Assembly: GCA_030390025.1 (NCBI GenBank)
Contig: JASTWF010000036.1
Location: 2,792,001 to 2,856,000 of the forward strand
From: Squalus acanthias
Lineage: Eukaryota
Length of the DNA: 64,000 nucleotides
Reading direction: 5' to 3'
The notes under the pieces were generated by a model. That model made no database searches and was not told the DNA's origin. It saw only the letters and a program-made list of their open reading frames with translations. Shown here one piece after another: positions 41,721-53,471 of the stretch. Made by a program: the position numbers and the translations under genes. How positions within the stretch are numbered: position 1 is the stretch's first letter; every line of letters begins with the position of its first letter.

Positions 41721-42404
41721 GGAAAAATGAGAAAAATGTAAAAGAACAAGTGGAAGAAAACATTGCAACCCATTTGCATTTGGGAATTGTTCTATTGGTC
41801 CTTGAGAAGTTAATGAGTGCATGGTAAGGTAGGTGTGCGAAATGTACAAACATTCTTGACCCATGAAGTATAGAACCAGCAACCCTATCCATCATGATCA
41901 GGAACAATGGAACACCCAGTGGGTACGCCATTGCACTGCTTTTATAGAAACATAGGAATAGGAATTGCTAGACGAGAAAAGATCAAGGTCCATCTAGTTC
42001 GTCTTCTACCATCCTGGTAGTCACATGATACACGATAATGGAGTTGTTGACTAATTATAACATTCAATCTCGATCAGTGAGTCTCCAACAGACCCAGACA
42101 TGAGGCGAGGTAAACCCCCAGTGGTGAAGAGCTTTGGGAACCATAAGTCCAAAGTCACCTGTTCTTCCCAAGCACGCTACACTTACCACACGTCGTCTCA
42201 AATAACTCATATACTGCATCCCAAAATGTTATTTTCTGAAAGAAATCTATTTAATTTGGATTTCTGAGTGGCAAAACAGCTTTGCATCCTGAACATTATT
42301 ACCTTTCGACACTAACAGGAGTGTGGATGGCAAAACTAGCACAAATAACCAAGACAGATAAAAGGGATTAAAAAAAAACCTCGAGGAACAATTCACTACC
42401 TGCC

Positions 42405-42835
42405 GGTAGCATCGTGGATGTTATTGGACTAGTAATGCAGAGTTAAAATCCCACCATGGCAGTTTGAGAATTTGAATTCAGTTTAAAAAATCTGGAAATA
42501 AAAAGGTGGTAGCAGTAAAAGTGACCATGAATCTGTCGGATTGTCATAATAACCTAACTGGTTCACTAATGTCTTTTAGGGAAGAAAACCTGCTGTTCTT
42601 ACCAATGTTCCCTTTAATTTCTTTTGGCTGCGTGGCCCATTCAAATTTCTGCGCATGCGCGGTTTTTCCCATTATGAAGCCGGCAAGCAGCCTCCAGAGC
42701 GCTGCGCCGCCGCACGGCTTAACGGGAACATTGGTTCTTACCCAGTCTAACCAACTGTGACTCCAGTTCTACACCAATGTGGTTGACTCTTAACTGCCCT
42801 CTGAATTGGCCTAGCAACCACTCAATTGCATCTAA
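42405..42835 (+). mobile_element. Degraded SINE interrupted by a hAT MITE
   Basis: Remnant tRNA-like head (GGACTAGTAAT...AAATCCCACCATGGCAG). The sequence is continuous across the MITE. Confidence 0.55.
42603..42733. mobile_element. 131-bp hAT-type MITE
   Basis: Perfect 10-bp TIRs CAATGTTCCC and GGGAACATTG, with 8-bp TSD GTTCTTAC at 42595-42602 and 42734-42741. Confidence 0.9.
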
Positions 42836-43089
42836 CTCGATACAGCTCTGTACATGAAGAGCTTCCGTTTCCCTACCCAGAGAGTGATGCTAGGACAGTA
42901 CATGGAATACCTGCAGTAAAGCTGGCCCCTCACTCAGTTAAGTACTCTGGCTAAATGCAAAAATAGTCATTAACTTCAGAGAGAGGGGTAGAAATACCGT
43001 GTCTGTCAACCCCACTCCCATTATCAACCTAACTCCCCCCGCAAAAAACAATCTAGCTGTTCAATAAACACTGACAGGTATGGATCAAA

Positions 43090-43172
43090 AATGAGAAGTC
43101 GCACAACACCAGGTTATAGTCCAACAGATTTATTTAATTTTACAAGCTTTCGGAGCTGTCGCTCCTTCAGGG
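43090..43172 (-). mobile_element. Penelope-like terminal fragment (second family) with degenerate hammerhead motif
   Basis: The minus strand reads CCTGAAGGAGCGACAGCTCCGAAAGCTTG. Stem II and GAAA are present but the CUGANGA box is incomplete. Confidence 0.55.
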
Positions 43173-43779
43173 TCTGGAACTGGACCTCTGTGTTAACTAA
43201 TAAAATTTGTTTCTTAATCTACAAAGTAACATGACCCAACTGAAACAAGCTTTCAATCTAAGATGCACAGTTCTAAACGGTGAGGGCATTTTACCCACCA
43301 GGTAACTCAACTTGCTAACTCACATATGACAAGCTGTGAACAGCTAAGTCAGGCTGTGAGTGATGGAATGAACACCACCAAGAATGTGAATGCCAGCTCT
43401 TAACAGTACTACACTCAAACCCTCTGTCAATCATTCATCTCTTACTTCCAGTCGACACCTCTTATTTTTGAAAAGCCACAGAAAATTGCTGTAGTTTATC
43501 TTATTCATAAATAAAGAGCTGGGTAGAATTACTGCTGAGACAGCAGTCATGCTCAATGCCATGACGAAAGAGAGAAAACTAGTTTATCTCATCAGGAACT
43601 GTAGTTAGACAATGGGGAGGGGGAGAAGCAGCAGTACAGGTCAGGAGCAGGTTTTTTGTTTTAACCCATTCCTGCAGCGTTGCTATGATCGCAGAAAAAA
43701 TTGACATAGCCAGTTTTATTTTAAGGAGGCAACTAACAGGGGACTTCAAAGAAATATACAAGCTAGATATGGAGAAGGT

Positions 43780-44060
43780 AAACATGGAACACCGCTTCAA
43801 ATTAAATCGCAAGAGTATGACAAGAGAGGGACAAGCTGGAATTGGTAAAAGGCAAATCTAGGGCTGATGTCAGGTTGTGCTTCACAGAGCAATCAACACA
43901 TGGAATGGACTTCTGGGTTGGATAGTGGAGGAAAATATTCTGAAATCATTTAAGAAACAACTGGATGCTGTGATGGGTGGAACTATATGTAGATGGATGA
44001 GCTATGACCGTCTGAAAGAGCCTCATCATTTGTATCTATCTTCTGATCTGGTGAACAGTT
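43780..44060 (+). mobile_element. Old CR1 3' fragment
   Basis: Degraded translation HRAINTWNGL...VEEN.LKSFKKQLD matches the CR1 ORF2 C-terminus. Confidence 0.65.
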
Positions 44061-44736
44061 ACTTTAGAATTTTTGTTTGAAAATTGTATTTTCAAGAGTT
44101 TACAATCAGCTATCTATTTTGTGAAGCTATTGTTCATTTAGATTACACGGTGCTTGTGGGAGGGACACTTTACTACATTAAGGTTTCCTGATATGGTTTT
44201 GTCTATGTTGGGAGCAACGCAAGTTTGAGGGTTGAAACATTGTTTGGTCTTGGCCGCTGGGGTTCAGTTGTGTTGAGAACATGGAGGTTCTCACTGTCAT
44301 CCCGATCATGGATGTGTCATTGTTGTTGAGTTATTTCCCCCCTCTGTGGTCATCCACGGTCTCCTCCTGGGAGATGATTAAAGACATTTTGAAGGTTATA
44401 AAACTTAACAGTCAGTCACAGAACTAACCGTGAAATCAATACTGAGTAAAGCCAAATGCTGAGAAAGACAGCTTAACAGCCAACACAGCAAGAATAGCCA
44501 GATCTAGACCCTTTGTCAAATGCCTGAGAGAATGTACGGAGGAGCCCTTCAACTAAAGAACTGTTAAACAAAATACTGGGGACAGTTTGACAAAAACATG
44601 GATGCACATAAGGAGTCAGTACTTGGCACTGCATATATTTCCTCTCTAACACACACTCAACTTCCTTTTAATTGAATATGCAAGTTCTTTCTTAATTCAC
44701 TCGGTTATCGGAATTATAAAAATATCTAAATACACT

Positions 44737-45563
44737 GGGCCAGATTTTGCTCTCAAAGTAACAGTGAGGTTAATGGCGCTCACTATTATTTATGTGCAAA
44801 TTGTACAGCAACTTCAGGCGAGGAGCAGGTGCGCGGTTAAACTCAAATGTCCAAAAGTTGCTATCCGAGTTGTACCACTCCGCCGTTAGCTTCACGAAAA
44901 CGGCATCTTGCTGTCTGCCTCACCATTGACATGCATTGAATGGCGTGAAGTTGCTGTATTTGCACGGTAGATACAAACTAAAGTCACCACAGAAAGTTAA
45001 GTCAAGTAATTTCAAGTCTAAGTACCCTTTTAACAACATGATAAGTGTTAATTACTGTCAATCAACCTCTTTGGCACTAAAAATTAACTATTGCAAGTGT
45101 GGAGTCTCATTCCTTCAGGTTTTAATTGTTGTTGGAGATTTTAAAAATGTAAATTTTTAAATTTTAAAAGACAAAGGAAAAGTAAAAATATTAAATTTAA
45201 AATTTTATATTTTTATTTTTCCTTTGTCGCTTTTCTTTTCTCTCTTAATCCAATCTTTCATTCCCTCTATTTCTCTTTCTGTAGCTGATTTGATATTGAA
45301 TTCACCCACTCTAACTTACACTTCCTCCTCACTCCTTGTGCTGTTTATTTCACAATCCTTCAATCTGATTGGTTAAGGAGATACACAGTCGCTTGCCCTG
45401 TTCACTCAGGTCCCAGATGCCCCGTTTCCCCTCGCTGTGACATTATCAGCTCGCACTTTCAGCAACTTGCCACGCAAAAGATTTAAAAACCTAAATGTAC
45501 AAGGGCAAGTCTAACTAACGGCAGACACCATTAGATCAGCCCTGCCTCAGCAAATTATGGCTC
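44737..45563. mobile_element. Older Harbinger-like non-autonomous element
   Basis: Imperfect TIRs GGGCCAGATTTTGC and GCAAATTATGGCTC, with near-matching 3-bp flanks ACT and ATT. Confidence 0.5.
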
Positions 45564-46569
45564 ATTAGCTTTCATTTATGTGAAGAAATGCTACTGCAGA
45601 CCTAAGTTAATTTGATAAGAATTTTAAAAGAATAGGAGTGCAGTGCTGGTGTCTGTACCAACATTTGCAATCAGCTGACTTGCCCAGTAATGTTCAGACT
45701 TTGACCAGGGCTGACCACTGTGCTTTCAGATCTGGGAGTGAAGCATAGAGAAATATCTGACACAAAGGCTGTGATTGAGTTACACATTTAAGCCAATTTC
45801 TGAACAATTTTACCAACATGGGAAAATTCAGCTGATTGACCCCTGGACTAATCACTACATGCTGTTATTTATCAGGAGAAAGCTCTTATAAAAAGTTCTG
45901 GCAAGGAAAAATATTACGGGCAACTTTTCAATCGGCACTTAGGCAGCGGAATATTTGGAAAGCATCTGTCATCTTAATTTAGCCATTTCCCCGGCATAAA
46001 GCTACATATTGACTGAGCTTTAAAAGCCTCAATTGCATTAATTTCCTTTCCATCATGTTTCATCACCATTACATAATTACCTAGAGACATAAACAGCTGC
46101 AATTTAATTAAAAGAAATACTTCTCATCAGATTAACATAAAACATTTAAAACTTGAAAACATTTTAAGACTTCAAAACACTATTCTCATAGTGGTGGTAC
46201 TTTTGTTCGGATGAAGGTCCTCACCTAAAATGTTAACCTATCTTTCTCCTTCAGCTGCTGACTGACCTGCTGTGCATTTCTGGCCTTTTCAGGTGTGTTA
46301 TGTTGCAGAGTTTTTCAACCTGTTCAGCTCCTTTGATAAGGCCTCTCTCGACATTTTGCTCGGACTCTGCCATGTTGGTCACCATGATAACTAAAGTATT
46401 TTCAACAGCCACCACAATTCAATCTCTCGACTCCTTCCAGTTGTTTACACTCCCCCCCTGAATGTGGCGGGTTTTGCTGAGGTCAGCGGGATATTCTTCT
46501 GGAGGAGGCCGAACAACCATGCCCAATCTCCTCATTGAGGTATTAAAAGTATTAAAATGGTAAAGTTGT

Positions 46570-46805
46570 GGCAAATCCAGAACATTACTTCAGATTGCAT
46601 GCCAGTAAAGTAAGACCAGTGGACATAAATTTACATTTGTTAAAACTAAATTTAACACAGATATTCAGAAGCACTTTACTCAAAGAGTGTTTGGAAAAAT
46701 CTGCTGGGTGTGTACTTGAGGCAAAAACATTAGGGGCATTCAAAATGGCTGGAGGTTATAATGAAGGCCAAATGGACTTTTGTCATCCTTTTCTTATGTT
46801 ATATT
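46570..46805 (+). mobile_element. Highly degraded CR1 3' fragment
   Basis: Remnant ...VLEAKTLGAFK... followed by GGCCAAATGG and a TTCTTATGT tail. Confidence 0.5.
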
Positions 46806-48927
46806 CTTTCCTTTGTTGCTCAACGTGCAGGAGAAAGCGGTTGGTAGATAGAAAAGGGAATTAAATAGAGAAATTGGGGGTGGTGCGGTGCAAGAGGCAG
46901 ATTCCAGAAAGTGGTTCTTTCCCAAAGCGATTCAATTTTAACATCTGCACAACCAAGCACCACGGGGGAGCAATTCATTCACATCACTTTGAAATTTTGC
47001 CTGTTGGCTAACAAAGTGGATTACTGTTTCTTCCATTCAAATCCCTCATTAATAGCCTGGAAGGTGGGGAATTCAGGGGAAGAGATTCAAGGGGTATTAG
47101 CATTATATCAAGCATCATAATTTATGTTCTCTGTATTTATATAACTATATTGAAAGGGTCCTGAAGTTGAAATGCCCCGGGGGGACCATAGAAATCCATA
47201 AGTATGAAATGTTGAACATTATCCAATTGCACTATTTGGGATGCATACATAATGCAATCTAGAGTCACGTACTGTAAATTACCTACTACACTTCAATAAA
47301 TACAGGGCATAGCATATATATTCTTTCTGAACAACAGAAAAATTAGTAGACATTAGCACAACTTAACCCAAGCAGCTATGGATCAGCCATTAATCCAGAA
47401 AATTTGAGTATTAGGGGGGGGCTGGAAGAAAAAGAGAGTGAATCACATGACAGCACACCTGATATCACCTCAGATAGTCACTAACTGACGCCGCCTCAGA
47501 CCCATTTCCTGTAGTATCCTTACAAAGAGAGGAGACTTTTGTCCCATCAGTCACAGCTCGATTCAAACCTAAACCCAGGCGTCAAGGTGAAAAAACAGTG
47601 TGGCACCTTTCACATAACAAAAAGAATTGAGATGCTTTACAGAGGGAGTGGTGAACAATGAGCAAGAAGAGAGAACATCTCGGAGGTGACCAAAGAACGG
47701 TCAAAGGGGTACCGAGGAGGTTTTTGAAGGTGGGGAGACAGATGGTGAGGCAAAGAGGATTTGGAAGAGCATTGCAGATTCGGGACCATGGTGGCTGAAG
47801 GCTTTGCCACCAACGATGGAACATAGATGGAGATACAGAAGGCCAGAGTTGGAAGGGTCCCAGCTCGGACGTAGGGTTGGAAAAGATTTCAGAGGGAGGG
47901 CATTTCCTACTTTACAAGATTAAATATTAAATTGCAGTAATACTGTAAAGAGTATTTAGATGAATAAACTAATAATATACTAATTACATCAATGACATCC
48001 TGGAATACGGATCAGTTTTCTATATGTACTACATATTTTATAAAAGAGCATGCTTGAAGCCTGAGGCATATACACTTTCCCACAAATAAATCACAACACA
48101 CGTAAGTAGTAAAAATCGATAAACTGCGATCTTGTTCTTTCTCTCTGCGTAGACAGATAGAAACTAAACATTGTGACAATTTTGAAACATTCACAGCTTT
48201 ATTGGACACCTCCATGATGCATATATTGAAGCTGTTCTTTGTGAATAAAATGTTCTGTTTTATCATTCAGAAATACAATTTTCCCCTAAATTTCACTCTG
48301 ATTTCTCCCCTTCCTTGTCTAAAGATGCTGGGGTAGCAGTTACCTTGCCCAAGTGGCCATTCTTCATGTGTGAGTTTAAGCAGTGAGTGTCAGTGGGCTA
48401 TTTTGACTGGGGTGGTAGGAGGGGGAAATCAAAGCGCAGCTTGATCCTGTCCTCACTTGACATCCGTGTATTTTCCAGCAGGAGTCATTGCGCAGTGTTC
48501 AGAAACACAGGCTGATCATGTTCCCCTTCCTAGACCAGGGCCATTGAGAACAACTGTAGCACCCACAACCACCACCCAGGTTGAGCTCAGCAAACTTAAT
48601 CGTTCGAATCTGATCCATATGACTCAGTAGTACATTGGGCAGTGTATCTACTGAGGCATCGGAGGGACGGTGCTTCACCACCCATTTCTTCAATCCCTGT
48701 GCTCCCCTCACACCTCACAAAGTGGATTTGTGTGAAACTTGTGCATAATGTTGTAGAGACATTGGCGTAGAGTTTCCGCTAGGCATGTAATCGGCAAAAT
48801 GCACCAGAATGTGCCGGTTTTGCAGAGGTGAAGTTACGCTCAAGTTTCCGTGCAAACACACGAGCAGAAGCTCGAACGTAAAATCTCTCATGAATCCGCG
48901 CAATCTAGCAGCATAATTGGGCATAAA

Positions 48928-49363
48928 AGGGCAACACGGTGGCATAGTGGTTAGCACTGGTGCCTCACAGCGCCAGGGACCCGGGTTCGAATCTGACCTC
49001 GGGTGACTGTCTGTGTGGAGTTTGCACATTCTCCCCGTGTCTGCGTGGGTTTCCTCCGGGTGCTCCGGTTTCCTCCCACAGTCCAAAAATGTGCGGGTTA
49101 GGTTGATTTGGCTATGATAAATTGACCCTTAGTGTTAGGGGGGGATTAAATATGTGGGGTTATGGGGATAGGATGGGATATGTTAGGGGGAATTAAATAC
49201 GTGGGGTTACGGGGGTAGGGTGGGATATGTGTACTGTGGGGATTAAAGCAGGGACAGGGTACTGGATTTGAATGATTAGCCATGATCGTATTGAATGGTG
49301 GAGCAGGCTCGACGGGCCGAATGGCCTACTCCTGCTCCTAGATTCTATGTTTCTATGTTTCTA
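48928..49363 (+). mobile_element. Full-length HE1-like V-SINE with CR1-derived tail
   Basis: tRNA-derived head with A box TGGCATAGTGG and B box GGTTCGAATC. V-domain GTGGAGTTTGCACATTCTCCCCGTGTCTGCGTGGGTTTCCTCCGGGTGCTCCGGTTTCCTCCCACA. Ends in a (TTCTATGT)n tail. Confidence 0.92.
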
Positions 49364-49714
49364 TAATTGATCGTAATCGATTTGTAACTGCAACAGGGCA
49401 CCCTCCAGCATCACAAAGAGGAATGGGATTGCCAGGAAATGAGCCATTTACTGACTGACTGATTTAATGCTCTTGGTCTTACTTTGTAAGGTTAAGCTTA
49501 CCTGCATCCAGATCTGCCAAACCATTCTGTAACAGGTTCACAGGAGCAGTTGAGAGAAACAGCCCCCTGACCAGTCTCTCACTGTGCAAACTCAAGTCTC
49601 ATTATTCTGTGGCACAGAACACTGGGATGGTGTAAATCAAGATGATCAAGTACTTCATGGGACACAAAGATTCCTGTGCTGCTGGTACAGGAGTGAATGT
49701 TTGTCTCGAGCATA

Positions 49715-50575
49715 ATCTAGGTTGACCCTCCAGTACAGTACTGAGAAAGTGCTGCATTGTTGGAGATGCCATCCTTTGGATGAGATGTTAAGCCAAGTCC
49801 CATCTGCCTATTCTGATGGTTCAGGTAGGATCCCATGGAACTATTCAAACAAAAGCAGAGTTCTCCTGGTGTCCTGGCCAACATTCCTCTCTCAACTAAT
49901 GACACCAGAAACAGATGAGTTGGTTCAAAAGCAAGATACCGCGGATGCTGGAAATCTGAAATAAAAACAGAAAATGCTGAAAATACTCAGCCGGTCAGGC
50001 AGCTTTTATGGAGAGAGAGAAACAGAGTTAACGTTTCAGGTCGATGACATTTCATCAGAACTGGAAAAAGTTGGAGATTTAACAGATTTTAAGCAAGTAC
50101 AGAGGCAGGGAAAGGTGGGAGGGGAGGAAAGAACAAAAGGGAAGGTCTGTGATAGGATGGAAGGCAGGAGAGATTAAATGACAAAAGGGATGATGGTGTG
50201 AGGCAAAAGGAGATGGTAATGAGACAAGTAAAGAAACAAAAGATGGGTCTAGAAGAGGTGTAAATGGGAATAGCAGAATCATCAAAAGCTGCCATGTGAA
50301 AAAATAGAGGCAGAGGTTATGGTCTGAAATTGTTGAACTCTATGTTGAGTCTAGAAGGCTGTAAAGTGCCTAATCGAAAGATGAGGTGCTGTTCCTCAAG
50401 ATTAGATGGTTATTCATATCATATCTGTATGCAGAATCTTGCTGTGTGCATAATAGCTGCCACATGTGCCTAAATAACAACAGTCACTTCATTTCAAAGT
50501 AATTAATTGCTTGTGAAGCTCTTTGAGATGTTTCTGAGAGAGGTGATAAGATGTTATATAAATGCAAGTTTTTTT
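49715..50575 (+). mobile_element. Old Deu-domain SINE split by a Penelope insertion
   Basis: Segments 49715-49918 and 50401-50575 align consecutively with 61020-61385. Confidence 0.75.
49927..50400 (-). mobile_element. Penelope-like retroelement 3' end (GIY-YIG C-terminus, UTR and hammerhead motif)
   Basis: The minus strand near 50325-50400 encodes LEEQHLIFRLGTLQPSRLNIEFNNF, typical of the PLE endonuclease end. CTGATGA..GAAAC lies at 50026-50062. Confidence 0.85.
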
Positions 50576-50697
50576 AATTTAAAGAGGTCAACAGGTCAGG
50601 TTTAAAGAACAGAGATGTGAGGATGGATTAATATTTTGCAGTTTTGCTTGATTACTTTGGGGAATCAAGGTTTTTTGGGGGGGATTATACCAAAGTG

Positions 50698-51075
50698 ATT
50701 AAATGGATGTGTCGAGCCCATGGTAGGATAGATTGTACATGGTCTGTAGAAGTTTAAATGGATGTGTCGAGCCCATGGTAGGATAGATTGTACATGGTCT
50801 GTAGAAGTTTAAATGGATGTGTCGAGCCCATGGTAGGATAGATTGTACATGGTCTGTAGAAGTTTAAATGGATGTGTCGAGCCCATGGTAGGATAGATTG
50901 TACATGGTCTGTAGAAGTTTAAATGGATGTGTCGAGCCCATGGTAGGATAGATTGTACATGGTCTGTAGAAGTTTAAATGGATGGGGTAGAGTCCTTGGT
51001 AGGGTAGATTGTACATGGGCTGTGGAAGGAGATTAAATGGATGGGATAGAGTCCTTGGTAGGATAGATTTATAGG
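50698..51075. repeat. 55-bp minisatellite, 5 identical copies plus about 2 diverged
   Basis: Unit AAATGGATGTGTCGAGCCCATGGTAGGATAGATTGTACATGGTCTGTAGAAGTTT starts at 50701, 50756, 50811, 50866 and 50921. Confidence 0.97.
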
Positions 51076-52031
51076 GTTTGCGGGTCTGCCTTGACAGCAT
51101 TGCTCACATCCCAAGAACAAATGAAAAAAGAGACCCTGAAAACTGTGGAACTCCATAACTTCCTCAGTTACCTCTTCCTCCTCCAGGCTTTCTCCTGCAT
51201 GCTTGTTGTCAGCTAATCGCTGCTTCTTGAATCTCGTCTCCTACTTTTTTAACCTTGCTGGCGTCAACACTACGCATCTTGGTCTAGGACCAAGGTTTCT
51301 CAACAACAAAAAGTATTTCTTATGAGTTTCCTGCCCATCCATGATTAAAACCATTATTTAGGTGCAAGAACTAACTTTAATAATGCAAATGAACGGGAGC
51401 AAATGCTTCTTCAAGTGTGATAGAAGTTATCTCCAAAGATTCTGCCATCAGACAGACCAATTAAAAAAAACGGTTGTATTTTCAAGCTGCCTAGTTTCAT
51501 TATTACTAATACATCCCTCCAGATGTACTAAGTAATCACTGTCACCAGCTAATCAGCATACCATTCACTGAATATATACAGGATTTATCAGCAATGAATC
51601 CATATCATCTTATAGTTCAGCACATCGACCGAGGACAAAAGCGGGGTTGGGGGAAAATTCTCACCGTGGGAGGGAATTCCCCCTCCTCAGTTGATTAAGC
51701 ACATCTTGTGAGTGAGATTACACACTTCAGATCTTGGGGTTACAATCCTGCTGAATGAAACATTATACAACATGTTTGGATTGAGTGAAGATGGTATCTG
51801 TTGTTAGTCGGATCCTTTAAAATATTAAGAGACATAAGTTATAGCACTATTTGTATTTTTTATGACTAGCCTCTCTGGGGGGGAATTTTTACCTGAAATA
51901 AACAGATGGGTTTGGAGGTAGTTAAATTGTTAAAAATCGGAATCCCGACCTGAATCCGCCTCCAACCCGCCCACTTCCAGTTTTGACGGGGGCAATCTCC
52001 AGTGGCCGGCCCCGATCCGTTCTTCCCTCCC

Positions 52032-52530
52032 ACAATCCGCAGAGGCCCCGACCTTCATTGTCTCTCCCCGCCCCTCCCCCCAATCGTCCAGAGGCCCCGA
52101 TCTTCATTGTCTCTCCCCACCCCTCCCGCCAATTGTTCAGAGGCCCCGATCTTCATTGTCTCTCCCCACCCCTCCTGCCAATCGTCCAGAGGCCCCGATC
52201 TTCATTGTCTCTCCCCGCCCCTCCCCCCAATCGTCCAGAGGCCCCGATCTTCATTGTCTCTCCCCGCCCCTCCCCCCAATCGTCCAGAGGCCCCGATCTT
52301 CATTGTCTCTCCCCACCCCTCCCGCCAATCGTCCAGAGGCCCCGATCTTCATTGTCTCTCCCCACCCCTCCTGCCAATCGTCCAGAGGCCCCGATCTTCA
52401 TTGTCTCTCCCCACCCCTCCCACCAATCGTCCAGAGGCCCCGATCTTCATTGTCTCTCCCCACCCCTCCCACCAATCGTCCAGAGGCCCCGATCTTCATT
52501 GTCCCCCACCCTCCCACCAATCCTCCGGAG
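52032..52530. repeat. 49-bp C-rich minisatellite, about 10 copies
   Basis: Unit AATCGTCCAGAGGCCCCGATCTTCATTGTCTCTCCCCACCCCTCCCGCC starts at 52082, 52131, 52180 and onward. Confidence 0.95.
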
Positions 52531-52589
52531 GCTGGCACTGGCCCCCACTCGATCCCTCCCTCCGTCCTCTGTGTGGCCTCGTGCCGCAG

Positions 52590-52702
52590 GCCTACCACAT
52601 TACAACAGTGACTACACTCCAAAAGAACTTCAGTGGCTGTAAAGCGCTTTGAGATGTCCGGTGGTCGTGAAAGGCGCTATAGAAATGCAAGTCTTTCTTT
52701 CT
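52590..52702 (+). mobile_element. Deu-SINE 3' tail fragment
   Basis: Matches 61276-61390. Confidence 0.8.
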
Positions 52703-53471
52703 TTACCCACTCGCAGCCAGCCAGTCTCTCAATCTGGCTGGCTGCGGGTGGGAAACAAACTTCAGATGCAAATCAGGCCCTGCCGTAAAAGTCGGCAGGG
52801 TCTGCAGGAAACCCGTTCTCCCGCCCACATCCAGCGCTCTGACCCTGTTCCTCCCACCTAATACAGTATATAGATTAAAGATGTCACTCTCATAATACAC
52901 CTACATCAACACATGTTGATGGGTCAGACCTATTATCAATTGCAAAGCACAATAGGAGCTTAATGATAATGATAAATTATTGCAGAATAACTAAGGAGGA
53001 GTCGTAATTAAGCCAGTTGAATTGAATGCTAGTTACATTGTAGGGCAAGTGTCACAATCAATTGCTACCTTTTAAAAATGGAATCCCTGCACAGCATCTT
53101 AAAAACTGCACTTTTTTGGACAATGAGTGGCTATCAGTGAGGAATATGAAAGCAATTCAGTTGACTGGCTCCAATGACAACATAACCCACTCAAGCTTCC
53201 CACTTGCAGTTTATGAACATTTGTGGAACAAGATTGGATCTATACCTTAAAGAGATACCACATTGTTCAGGAGAGGGGAGTACTTCAATCTAAGTATTCC
53301 TCCCCCAATAAGAGGTGTGTTTTTTTTAAGCGGTACTTCTACCAAGAAGGTCCCAGGATCAATCCCAGGTCTCTGATGATTTGTTGGAAAGTCTTCACCT
53401 GTGGACATCAAATGAGGGCAGGATCAGTCTCCTGTGAAATTTGTCATGGTTGAATAGCCTGCCAACACTCA

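Noticed and set aside
48928..49005. tRNA gene
   Set aside because: The A and B boxes belong to the SINE head and continue into the V-domain. The same applies to the Deu-SINE head at 60932-61005.
51170..51290. Purine-rich minus-strand exon candidate ending GAG/GTAAC
   Set aside because: It has stops in all frames from the upstream AG, and the nearer AG lacks a pyrimidine tract.
51649..51683. Miniature TIR pair GGGGGAAAATTC...GAATTCCCCC
   Set aside because: No target-site duplication, and too short to distinguish from chance.
51983..52652. Pro-rich ORFs of 151-219 aa
   Set aside because: They are translations of the 49-bp minisatellite in all three frames.
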